Positions 42,664 to 51,744 of a stretch of 64,000 nucleotides of DNA are shown here, piece after piece. Position 1 is the stretch's first letter, and every line of letters starts with the position of its first letter. The stretch covers positions 32,001 through 96,000 of the forward strand of contig CAVUWV010000015.1 of the NCBI GenBank assembly GCA_963745075.1. Direction: 5' to 3'. A program made the translations under genes and the position numbers. Source of the DNA: Candidatus Hydrogenedentota bacterium (GTDB lineage: Bacteria; Hydrogenedentota; Hydrogenedentia; Hydrogenedentales; SLHB01). The notes under the pieces are model-generated. The model saw nothing but the letters and a program-made list of their open reading frames with translations, ran no database searches and was not told where the DNA came from.

Positions 42664-43920
42664 ATGTTTGGTCCACACGTTCGCATATGCCTTGTCGCCT
42701 TTGCCACCGACTTCTCCATCATGGTCGGCCTGACCGCAACGCCCTTCTTCGTCTACAATCAACTGGGCGGGACGGCCACGATGTCCGGGGTCATCGGAGC
42801 GTCCCAGGCCGCTGCATATGCCATCGCGTGCCTGATATCGGCGGGTTTTGTGTCGCGCGCGAAAAACGGGCTTACCTTGGCACTGATCGGTCTGGTGCTC
42901 TATACGGCCTTCTTTTGTATGATGCCGATCTTTCGAAATGCCTTCCTGTGCGGGACGGTATCCACCCTCGCGTGCGCATCCCTCGCCCTCGTGTGGCCCG
43001 CCTTGCATTCCTGGGTCGGCGGGGAGCCCGACCCCGCCATACGCTCGCGCAATATGGGCTGGTTCAATATCTCTTGGAGTTTCGGGTTCGCCGTAAGCCC
43101 CCTGTTTGCGGGACCGTTGTACGACATGGACTACCGGTTGCCCTTCGTGTTGCTGTTTGCGTTCGGTGCCGTGGCATTTGTGCTGGTGCGAACCATGCCC
43201 CACGAACGCATCCACTTCGCCGATGCCACCGAGGAGATGCTCCTCGCCCGCGCCGATCACGACCGATCCAGCGAAATCTACTTGACCTGCGGGTGGACTG
43301 CGGTACTATTCGCCAACGTCCTCGCGGGCATTACCCGGTCCGTCTATCCCAAACGCATCGACGACCTCGTTTCGGCAGGGGATCTGCGCGTGCTCTTCGA
43401 ATCGACTCCCTCCGATTTTCTGTCGTCTGCCCCCGCGACCAAGTATTCCTGGATGGCGTTTCTACTGGCATTCTCGACGGCCATGACCTTTCTCGTGATG
43501 GGACGCACCACCGGATGGCGGCACCGGTTTTCCGTGCTGTTTTGGATTCAGGTCGCCTCGGCTGTCGCGTTCTGGACACTGGCCTGGACCAAGAGCCTTC
43601 TCATCATGCTGGCCTGTTTCAGCGTGGTTGGCGTCTACGTCGGGGTCGCATTCTTTTCCGGCGTGTATTACAGCCTCGGAAACCCAGCCCTGAAACATCG
43701 CCGGGCCGCCATGAACGAGGCCGCTGTCGGCACGGGCGGCTTCACAGGCAGCCTGGTCGTCGGCTACCTCGCCGGTCACTACGGGCACTTTGTGGCGTTC
43801 CGATATACGCCCGTATTTATGATCCTTGCGATCGTCCTCCAGTTCGCCCTCATCCAGCGCGGGAAGTCGCGCGCCCGTCGAATCGAAGCGGCTCGTGCCC
43901 GCGCCGCCGCACAACCGTGA
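42664..43920 (+). CDS. MFS transporter
   Basis: About 12 hydrophobic helices; MGWFNISWSFGFAVSPLFAG motif. Confidence 0.8.
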   Translation: MFGPHVRICLVAFATDFSIMVGLTATPFFVYNQLGGTATMSGVIGASQAAAYAIACLISAGFVSRAKNGLTLALIGLVLYTAFFCMMPIFRNAFLCGTVSTLACASLALVWPALHSWVGGEPDPAIRSRNMGWFNISWSFGFAVSPLFAGPLYDMDYRLPFVLLFAFGAVAFVLVRTMPHERIHFADATEEMLLARADHDRSSEIYLTCGWTAVLFANVLAGITRSVYPKRIDDLVSAGDLRVLFESTPSDFLSSAPATKYSWMAFLLAFSTAMTFLVMGRTTGWRHRFSVLFWIQVASAVAFWTLAWTKSLLIMLACFSVVGVYVGVAFFSGVYYSLGNPALKHRRAAMNEAAVGTGGFTGSLVVGYLAGHYGHFVAFRYTPVFMILAIVLQFALIQRGKSRARRIEAARARAAAQP

Positions 43921-43923
43921 CCG

Positions 43924-43955
43924 GTCGATATCGTCCAGATTGTCCATAACGTCCA
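43924..43955. repeat. 9-bp-period GTCCA tandem microarray
   Basis: gtcga at 43924 and gtcca at 43933, 43942, 43951; directly after the MFS stop codon. Confidence 0.55.
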
Positions 43956-44041
43956 TTGCCGCAATACTGCAAATCCCCCTGCAAAACATGTAGAATGCCG
44001 GCTTCTGTTCTCTTGATCTTGGTTACCCTTTGGAATATCTC

Positions 44042-45907
44042 ATGGCCTTATCCGAAAAGAAACGAAAGCTGAACGCTTCCGACGTGTGGCGCGAAGCGCG
44101 CACGCTGATCTGGCGCCATCGTCACCGGTTGTCCATCGGTATGACGCTCATGTTGATCAACCGCGCAGCGGGATTCGTGCTCCCCGCGTCCTCCAAGTTC
44201 GTCGTGGACGCGATCACCGGGAAACCCGTATCCTTGGGTTTCGCAACCTTCGACGTTCTTCAGGGTCTCGGTGAGGCACAAGTACTGTGGTTCCTCGCGT
44301 TGGCCATCGGCATTGCGACATTGATCCAGGCGATTACATCCTTCGCCAACTCGCTGATCATCAGCGTCGCCGCGCAGAAGGCTATTACCGATATGCGCCG
44401 TCGCGTGCAGCGCCACGTCTCGCGCCTGCCGATCCGGTTCTTTGACTCCACTCAGTCCGGCATCCTAATCTCGCGTATCATGACCGACGCGGAGGGCATT
44501 CGTAACCTGATTGGGACCGGCCTCCTGCAAATGGTGGGTGGGTCCATCACCGCATCCGTCGCCTTGGCCGTGCTTTTCTACATCAATTGGCAACTCACGA
44601 CCTTGATCATCATCACATTGGGTGCCTTCGGTATCTTCATGGCCTTCACGTTCAGACGGCTGCGGCCCATCTTTCGGGCCCGCGGACAAATCAATGCTGA
44701 AGTTACCGGCCGCCTTGCCGAATCGTTGGGAGGCATTCGGATCGTGAAAGCCTATACGGCCGAACGTCGCGAGCAACTCGTTTTCACCCAGGGTGCCCAC
44801 CGCCTCTTCCGCAATATCGTCAAATCCATGGTCGGCGTATCGAGCACCACTGCCGTCTCGACCGTGGTCGTTGGTGTCATCGGCGTGGTCATGATCGTAG
44901 TGGGCGGCAACTCGATTCTTTCCGGCAAAATGGACATTGGCTATTTCTTCATGTACATCGCCTTTACCGCCATGGTCGCAGCGCCCGTAGTCCAGATCGC
45001 GTCCATCGGCACGCAGATCAGCGACGCATTTGCCGGGCTGGACCGCATTCACGAGATCTTCTCCATGGCCACCGAATACGAGGAGGAGCAGGATAAGGAA
45101 CCCGTTACACGGGTCGAAGGCGACGTCCAATTCGAGAAGGTCTGGTTCGAGTATCTCCCCGATACCCCCGTCATACGAGGTGTATCGTTCCATGCCCCCG
45201 CCGGTTCCACGACCGCGTTGGTTGGCTCCAGCGGATCGGGAAAGAGCACGCTCATATCGCTCGTCATGGCTTTTGTGCGACCGACGGATGGCCGCGTTAT
45301 GATCGACGCCAAGGACCTGACGAGCATCCGGCTTCACGACTACCGCGACCACATGGGCATCGTCATGCAGGACAACTTCCTCTTTGACGGGACCGTTGCC
45401 GACAATATTCGCTTTTCCAAGCCCAACGCGTCCATTGAGGAAGTCATTCGCGTCAGCAAGATCGCGCACAGTCACGAGTTCATCAAAGGGTTCGAGAATC
45501 AGTACGACACAATTGTCGGCGAGCGGGGCGTGCGCCTTTCCGGTGGGCAACGCCAGCGTATCGCCATCGCCCGCGCCATCCTGGCCGATCCCAGCGTCTT
45601 GATTCTGGACGAAGCAACGTCCAGTCTCGACAGTGAGAGTGAGGCACTCATCCAGGATGCCTTGCGTTCCCTGCGCCGGGGCCGGACCACCTTCGTCATC
45701 GCCCACCGGTTGTCCACGATTCGCAGCGCCGACCAGATCCTTGTCCTCGAGGAGGGGGAGATTGTCGAGCGTGGCACGCACCACGAACTGTATGAACTGA
45801 ACGGCCGGTACCGGCAGCTTCATGACAAGCAGTACCAGTTGGAGGCCGATACCTTCGTCAATCCCGGCGAGGACTTCACCCCGGAACTGGGAGCGGATCG
45901 CGAATGA
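44042..45907 (+). CDS. ABC exporter, fused permease/ATPase (MsbA/Sav1866-like)
   Basis: Six-TM domain followed by GSSGSGKS, LSGGQRQR, LILDEATS, IAHRLST. Confidence 0.92.
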   Translation: MALSEKKRKLNASDVWREARTLIWRHRHRLSIGMTLMLINRAAGFVLPASSKFVVDAITGKPVSLGFATFDVLQGLGEAQVLWFLALAIGIATLIQAITSFANSLIISVAAQKAITDMRRRVQRHVSRLPIRFFDSTQSGILISRIMTDAEGIRNLIGTGLLQMVGGSITASVALAVLFYINWQLTTLIIITLGAFGIFMAFTFRRLRPIFRARGQINAEVTGRLAESLGGIRIVKAYTAERREQLVFTQGAHRLFRNIVKSMVGVSSTTAVSTVVVGVIGVVMIVVGGNSILSGKMDIGYFFMYIAFTAMVAAPVVQIASIGTQISDAFAGLDRIHEIFSMATEYEEEQDKEPVTRVEGDVQFEKVWFEYLPDTPVIRGVSFHAPAGSTTALVGSSGSGKSTLISLVMAFVRPTDGRVMIDAKDLTSIRLHDYRDHMGIVMQDNFLFDGTVADNIRFSKPNASIEEVIRVSKIAHSHEFIKGFENQYDTIVGERGVRLSGGQRQRIAIARAILADPSVLILDEATSSLDSESEALIQDALRSLRRGRTTFVIAHRLSTIRSADQILVLEEGEIVERGTHHELYELNGRYRQLHDKQYQLEADTFVNPGEDFTPELGADRE

Positions 45908-47358
45908 GCCTGGCCGCGTCTCGGCTGCTGCTCGTCGGCTTTGTCGCGGTGCTGACATTCGTTACGTTCCGATCGCCGCGGCGGGCAGTGGAAACATTCC
46001 GCAAGTTCATCTTTGTCCCAGCGGCTCCGTTGAACCTCGCGGTATTTCGCATTGTCGTGTTTGCGGCCGTACTGCAGAAGCTCAATCTGGGTACGGCCGT
46101 CTGGCTTGCCCATATCCCCGAAGATCTGATGGCTCCGCCGTGGGGCATGAGGACCATCGTGGATATCGTTCCCCTGACTCCGGAATGGGTCTGGTGGGCG
46201 GGATGGTTGCTCGGGGCCGTTTGCACGGCCGGTATTCTCGGGATCTTGACGCGAACCAGCGCGGCACTTGCAGCCTTATTTGGCCTCTTTGTACTTGGCG
46301 TGCCCCAGTGCGTGGGCAAGGTCAGCCATTACAATCATCTCGTTTGGTTCCTCGCGGTGCTCGCGGCTTCACCCTGCGGCGACGCACTGTCGGTGGACGC
46401 ATTACTGCGATCGAAGTCGCGGACCGCCACCGGCTTCATGGGTACTAGACGAGCCGATCTGGCCTACGGCTTCCCGCTGCGGGTGGTGTGGCTGACTATC
46501 GGTATCATCTACTTTTTTCCGGGATTCTGGAAAGTGTGGACTTCCGGTTTGGAATGGGTTCTGGGCGACAACTTGCCGAACTTGGTTCTCCGATACGGAG
46601 CCTTAATCGAATCCGATCGGGCACTATGGTTGGCCACGGTCCCCATGGTGCTCAAGGCCGGCGGCGCGGCCGTTCTGCTATTTGAAATGGGATTCATTTT
46701 TGCGTTGTTTTGGCCCCGGTTCCGTTTCTTCGCGATGGGATCCGGTGTCTTCTTTCACCTCGCCAACTGGTACGCCTTGGACATTCTATTTCATCCACTT
46801 TTGGCATGTTACGTTGTCTTCGTCGACTGGGCGGCGTTGGTTCGACGGGGTCAAAAGGATCGTCCGGCGGTTGTGTCGAGTGATGCAAAGCAAGAACAGT
46901 TGCGTGCAGCGATTCCTCGAACGCTAATACTGGTGTGTACCGTGGTGATTGTCGGCGCCGTCTATGCCGGCGCCCGGGGCATCACCCAGGGCTGGCCCTT
47001 CGCGTGCTACCCGACGTTCGACGAAATCGCGCAGCCCTACATGCGCACCGTAACGCTCGATCGAATCGACGATAGCGCGGCAATACCCATCGATTTGGAC
47101 CCGCTGCGTCACCGGCTGGGGGCCGTCCGCTGGGAACGCTGGATCGCGTGGATGGTGGAGACGCAGGACGAGGAAGCGCGTTCCGGTCGATTGACCGCAT
47201 TCGCCCAATGGTGTGCTCGCGAATCGGGTCTGAGCGGAAAAGATGGCATGCTGCGGCTCAGCACGACTATCCTGGATGTCAGCCAACAGGAGCCGGGAAC
47301 GGTATCCCACGAAGTTCTGATTCGCTGCGCTCTCGGGCGTACGGGTAGTGAGCGATAG
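45904..47358 (+). CDS. HTTM-like multi-pass membrane protein
   Basis: LAVFRI, DALSVD, YFFPGFWK...W..G, LFEMGF, FHL; C-terminal WPFACYPTF. ATGA overlap with the ABC exporter. Confidence 0.65.
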   Translation: MSLAASRLLLVGFVAVLTFVTFRSPRRAVETFRKFIFVPAAPLNLAVFRIVVFAAVLQKLNLGTAVWLAHIPEDLMAPPWGMRTIVDIVPLTPEWVWWAGWLLGAVCTAGILGILTRTSAALAALFGLFVLGVPQCVGKVSHYNHLVWFLAVLAASPCGDALSVDALLRSKSRTATGFMGTRRADLAYGFPLRVVWLTIGIIYFFPGFWKVWTSGLEWVLGDNLPNLVLRYGALIESDRALWLATVPMVLKAGGAAVLLFEMGFIFALFWPRFRFFAMGSGVFFHLANWYALDILFHPLLACYVVFVDWAALVRRGQKDRPAVVSSDAKQEQLRAAIPRTLILVCTVVIVGAVYAGARGITQGWPFACYPTFDEIAQPYMRTVTLDRIDDSAAIPIDLDPLRHRLGAVRWERWIAWMVETQDEEARSGRLTAFAQWCARESGLSGKDGMLRLSTTILDVSQQEPGTVSHEVLIRCALGRTGSER

Positions 47359-47424
47359 CGGTGCCATTAACGCGGCGGGAAATTCCATCACAAACCGGTT
47401 TGCCCGCGACTGAGTCGCGTGCGC

Positions 47425-49641
47425 TCAATCCGGCACGCGATTCGCCAACCGGTCAGCCAGGCGCGAATTCCGCTTAGTCGCCTGGACGTTATGCACGGCC
47501 CGTGCCACCGCTCGTGGATCCCCGACGATGACCACCATCTGTTTCGCCCGCGTAATCGCCGTATAGAAGACGTTGCGTTGCAGCATCATGTAGTGCTGCG
47601 TCGCCATCGGCAGGACGACCACCGGATACTCGCTGCCCTGCGCCTTATGAACTGTGCTCGCGTAGGCCGGCGTCAACTCATCCAGTTCGTCAAAGGCGTA
47701 AAGCACATCGCGGTCGTCGTAATGTACGATGACTTCCTGCAGCACGTCGTCTATCTGCGTGATGATCCCGACATCTCCGTTGTAAACGTCAAGCTCGTAG
47801 TTGTTCCGAACCTGCATCACCTTGTCGTGCAAACCGAACGGACGCGGTCCTATGGTGGGCGTCTGCGCATTCAACGCTTCGCGCAACGCGACATTGAGTC
47901 GCGTTACGCCCACCTCGCCCCGGTGCATCGGCGCCAAAACCTGGATATCGCGCAGCGGATCCACCCCGAACTTGTCGGGGATGCGCGTCGTCACCAATTC
48001 CCGCACCGTCTCCAACGCCTTCTCCGGATCTTTCCGGTCTACAAAGAAGAAGTCTCGGTCATTATATTGGGGAAACTCGCCTGCGTTAATCCGATGCGCG
48101 TTCGTAATGATCCCGCTCTCGGCCGCCTGCCGGAACACCGTCTTCAACCACACCACCGGGATCGCTTGGCTCGCGATGACATCCATCAACACGTTCCCCG
48201 GCCCCACGGAGGGCAACTGGTCGACATCGCCCACGAGGAACAAGCGCGCCTGCGGCGGCAGCGCCTTCAGCAGGCTATGCATCAAGCTGATATCCATCAT
48301 CGAGCATTCGTCGATCACCACCAGATCGGCGCTCAACGGATTTCCTTCATGCCGCGTAAACCCGCCCGCTTTTGGGCTCCACTCCAGGAGCCGGTGAATG
48401 GTCTTCGCCTCGCGGCCGGTCGCGGAAGACATGCGTTTCGCGGCCCGTCCCGTAGGCGCGGCCAACAACACCTGCATGCCCTTCCGCACGAAGATTGCCA
48501 AGAGCCCGTTTAACAGTGTTGTCTTGCCCGTACCCGGACCGCCCGTGATTACCATCGCCTTCGCGGTGACCGCCGTACGGACCGCCGACCGCTGCTCTTC
48601 GGACAATTCAATGCCGCGCGTTTTCTCCACCCACGCGATGGCCTTCTCCACCTGGATGGGGAACTCTTCCTTGGGAACGCTTATCAGTCTCTTGAGCAAC
48701 TTCGCGCAATTCGTTTCGGCCTGGTGCAACGCAGGAAGGAAATACTCGGTCTGTTCGTGCACGATCCGGTCAGTATCAACCATGGAACTCAGTACGGTTT
48801 GCACGATGTCGGAATCCACCTCGAGCAATTCGGCGGAGTCCGCGATCAAGGGTTCCTCGGGCAGAAAGGTATGGCCGTCGCTGGTTGCCCGTCGCAGCGT
48901 ATGCAACACCCCTGCAGCGACCCGCTTGGGTGACGCCGGTTCAATGCCCATTTGCGCGGCGATTCCGTCCGCAATCTTGAACGAAATCCCGGGGATGTCT
49001 TCCGCCAGCCGATAGGGATTATCCCGCAACACGGCGACCGCCTTGTCGCCATAGTGCTTGTAGATACGCACCGCCTGCGACGACGCGATGCCGTGCCCTT
49101 GCAAGAACAGCATGATGGATTGAATGGCCTTTTGCGCCTGCCACGCTTCCCGAATCTGTGTCGCTCGCTTTTGCCCAATCCCCTCGACCTTCCGTAATCG
49201 CTCAGGCTCTTCATCGATGACGCGCAGCGTCTCGACGCCGAAGGCCTTGACCAGTCGTTTGGCGTAGGTGGGGCCGATGCCGTTGATGAGTCCTGAACCC
49301 AGGTACTTCTCGATCGCGTCGGCGGTAGCGGGGAGGACGGTTTCGTAGCGTTCGACGCGCAGTTGCCGGCCAAACTTCGCGTCGTCGACCCAGCGGCCCC
49401 AAAGCCGTACCGTTTCCCCCGGCGACACGGCGAGGCCCGATCCGACAAACGTCATCAGTCCACGCGGTTGCGGTGCTTGCAGCCGGCCTACTAGGAAACC
49501 GCTGTCTTTCCCCTCAAAGACAATGCGCTCGACGGTGCCTTCGACGCAGTCCGCCGGCACCTTCTCCTCCGACTCCCGGAAGGTCGTCTGGTGGTCCGCT
49601 TCCCTGTCTTCGTTCAACGCCCCAAAGCCCTTAATTCCCAA
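47425..49641 (-). CDS. recD2: ATP-dependent RecD-like DNA helicase RecD2
   Basis: N-terminal OB/HhH region (YLGSGLINGIGP, NPYRL); GGPGTGKTT, APTGRAAKR, IDECSM, GDVDQLPSVG, TVHKAQGSE, YTAITRA. Confidence 0.93.
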   Translation of the reverse strand: MGIKGFGALNEDREADHQTTFRESEEKVPADCVEGTVERIVFEGKDSGFLVGRLQAPQPRGLMTFVGSGLAVSPGETVRLWGRWVDDAKFGRQLRVERYETVLPATADAIEKYLGSGLINGIGPTYAKRLVKAFGVETLRVIDEEPERLRKVEGIGQKRATQIREAWQAQKAIQSIMLFLQGHGIASSQAVRIYKHYGDKAVAVLRDNPYRLAEDIPGISFKIADGIAAQMGIEPASPKRVAAGVLHTLRRATSDGHTFLPEEPLIADSAELLEVDSDIVQTVLSSMVDTDRIVHEQTEYFLPALHQAETNCAKLLKRLISVPKEEFPIQVEKAIAWVEKTRGIELSEEQRSAVRTAVTAKAMVITGGPGTGKTTLLNGLLAIFVRKGMQVLLAAPTGRAAKRMSSATGREAKTIHRLLEWSPKAGGFTRHEGNPLSADLVVIDECSMMDISLMHSLLKALPPQARLFLVGDVDQLPSVGPGNVLMDVIASQAIPVVWLKTVFRQAAESGIITNAHRINAGEFPQYNDRDFFFVDRKDPEKALETVRELVTTRIPDKFGVDPLRDIQVLAPMHRGEVGVTRLNVALREALNAQTPTIGPRPFGLHDKVMQVRNNYELDVYNGDVGIITQIDDVLQEVIVHYDDRDVLYAFDELDELTPAYASTVHKAQGSEYPVVVLPMATQHYMMLQRNVFYTAITRAKQMVVIVGDPRAVARAVHNVQATKRNSRLADRLANRVPD

Positions 49642-49657
49642 TTCTTAACTCAGGATT

Positions 49658-50383
49658 CTACCCCCCGATCGGCACACTCCCAAATCGCCGCACCACGATC
49701 TCATCGGTGGTCGCACGCGGGCTGAGCGACGCCAGATACAGACAGGCGTGCGCGATATCTTCCGGCGTCATCCAATCGCTCTTGTCGCGGTCCGGCATGG
49801 CCTTCTGAGCGAGCCGCGTGTCCACGCCCCCCGGGCAGATGCTGTGGACGCCGATCCCGTACTCACGCAGTTCCATGGCGAGCACCTTGCTCAGGCCGTT
49901 CAAACCGTGTTTCGACGCACAATATGCACTCTGGCGGTTCAGCGGCTTTAATCCCGCGACGCTGGAGATATTAATGATCCGGCCGGTTCGGCGTCCCATC
50001 ATCGAAGGCAACACAGCTTGAATGCACAGAAACGGACCGGTCAGGTTGACGTCCAGGGTGGTTCGCCATTCGTACTCGCTGAGTTCCGTGAAGGGTTTGA
50101 ACTGCGCGTAGCCTGCGTTGTTCACGAGAATGTCGATGGCGCCAAGAGAACCGAGCGTTTCCTCGACCATCGTGTGGACGGCGTCCGAGTGTCTCACGTC
50201 GCATTGCAGGGCGAGGGCCCGGCGCCCGGTAGTTCGGATTGCCTCCGCCGTTTCCCGTATCTCCGCTTCCGTACGCGCTGCAACGGCCACGTCACACCCC
50301 TGTTTGGCGAACGCTAATGCAATCCCGCGGCCGATCCCACGGCCGCCGCCCGTGACAAGCGCAACTTTACCTTCCAATAGCAT
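49658..50383 (-). CDS. Short-chain dehydrogenase/reductase
   Basis: TGGGRGIG, NNAG, YCASK. Confidence 0.9.
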   Translation of the reverse strand: MLLEGKVALVTGGGRGIGRGIALAFAKQGCDVAVAARTEAEIRETAEAIRTTGRRALALQCDVRHSDAVHTMVEETLGSLGAIDILVNNAGYAQFKPFTELSEYEWRTTLDVNLTGPFLCIQAVLPSMMGRRTGRIINISSVAGLKPLNRQSAYCASKHGLNGLSKVLAMELREYGIGVHSICPGGVDTRLAQKAMPDRDKSDWMTPEDIAHACLYLASLSPRATTDEIVVRRFGSVPIGG

Positions 50384-50414
50384 GATGCCTCCCGAGTGAG
50401 TCGGGAGGCATCAT
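50382..50414 (-). promoter_or_regulatory. 14-bp perfect hairpin covering the SDR ribosome-binding site and start codon
   Basis: atgatgcctcccga-gtgag-tcgggaggcatcat on the + strand. Confidence 0.55.
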
Positions 50415-50444
50415 AACATAGGGCGTTAGAGAGCGCGTTAAACG

Positions 50445-50801
50445 CTATTTGATTAGGCGAATAGCAAAAGGATAGCGATACGCGTTCCCTTGCTTCGCCT
50501 GCAATCCGGCGATGACGACAAACAGAACATTCACGAAGAGCAGGACAAACCCCAGCAACCCGATAAATGGTATCAAGTACCCAAGGATCATCAGCACCAA
50601 CCCAATTAAAACCATGGTGATCTGGAAATTCATCGACTCCTTGCCCTGATCCTGGACGAAAGCAAATTCTTTGCCCTTTACCAGCCAAACGATGAGGGGT
50701 CCAAGGATGTTTGCAAACGGAATGCATGTAAACATTGCAAGAGCACTGAGATGGCAAAGCATCCCCCACGTACGGGCTTGATCATCAGTTTCAACGGACA
50801 T
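50445..50801 (-). CDS. DUF4870 family membrane protein
   Basis: WGMLCHLS, GPLIVWL, QGKESMNFQIT, YRYPFAIRLIK. Confidence 0.88.
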   Translation of the reverse strand: MSVETDDQARTWGMLCHLSALAMFTCIPFANILGPLIVWLVKGKEFAFVQDQGKESMNFQITMVLIGLVLMILGYLIPFIGLLGFVLLFVNVLFVVIAGLQAKQGNAYRYPFAIRLIK

Positions 50802-51023
50802 CGGCGTACCCTTTCCCTTCGGTTTAGGACCAGTCTTTCGAGACGATGATAGAACACCCTGCGGAACTACTCTGCACGCGACACCCCGGACCTGTCAATC
50901 AAATTGAGAAGGGGAACTTAGGAAATAGTACGCTGCTAGGGGCCGATGTGTTTTGCATACGCCCCGGTGGGTTCTGCTTCACAGGCGATAAGCGAGCCGG
51001 CGGTCGCCTTCTGGGGACGGCAG

Positions 51024-51509
51024 CTATGCCCGGATCTCATCCAGCAACGAATGCAGCGCGGCCATCTCGCGCTCGGCCCCCAGGCACCGGTAGAACTCCA
51101 CGCAGCCGGAACACACGAATGGGTTTTCAAGTACCAACGCACAATCCTGCTTGTACGTTTGGGGCGCAAAGAGGCATCGTGACGGGGATTCGTGGGTAAG
51201 GTCTTCTTCTACCAATAGCGGGTTCAACACCAGCGCCCGCCACTGGATCTTTCCCAGTAATGCGCAGAGCCGGAAATACGCATTCCGGTCCAACTTCGCG
51301 TATTGGCATAGACCTTCACACTGGTACATGGAAACGGACACGCCACGTGCACGGTCCACATTAAAGAGTGCCGGTCGCCGGTCGCCCGTAATGGTGAGCC
51401 GGAAGTCGGCGGCAGAGGTGCCGCAGTGCACCTGCGTGACAAGAATATCCGCTTCATCGCCCAACCGGCGAAAATCGGGATAGGGAGCTTGACCTTCAAC
51501 ATGAAACAT
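51024..51509 (-). CDS. Cys-rich hypothetical protein
   Basis: GAGGTG RBS before GTG/ATG; H...RCLF...D...CSGC cluster near the C-terminus. Confidence 0.55.
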   Translation of the reverse strand: MFHVEGQAPYPDFRRLGDEADILVTQVHCGTSAADFRLTITGDRRPALFNVDRARGVSVSMYQCEGLCQYAKLDRNAYFRLCALLGKIQWRALVLNPLLVEEDLTHESPSRCLFAPQTYKQDCALVLENPFVCSGCVEFYRCLGAEREMAALHSLLDEIRA

Positions 51510-51744
51510 CACGGGACACCTCGCTTCCTTGCGGCGCAGTTGCCGATTCCGTCCCAATCCTCGACATGCTGCCAAGCAGGGGTGCCCTTGTGAGGTTCAA
51601 GGTATCACGCGGATAGGCTCCGGGACACCTCCTCACGCGTTCAGTTTATCACGGGAGAGCCCATTCTGTCCCGAAAAAAATCACATCTTTGCCTGACTTA
51701 CGTGATTTTCACAGATTGCCGGCGACGGAATCTGCTCAGAGTTC

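Noticed and set aside
44465..48513. Long opposite-strand ORFs 44465..45958 and 47419..48513
   Set aside because: They are shadow ORFs of the ABC exporter and recD2.
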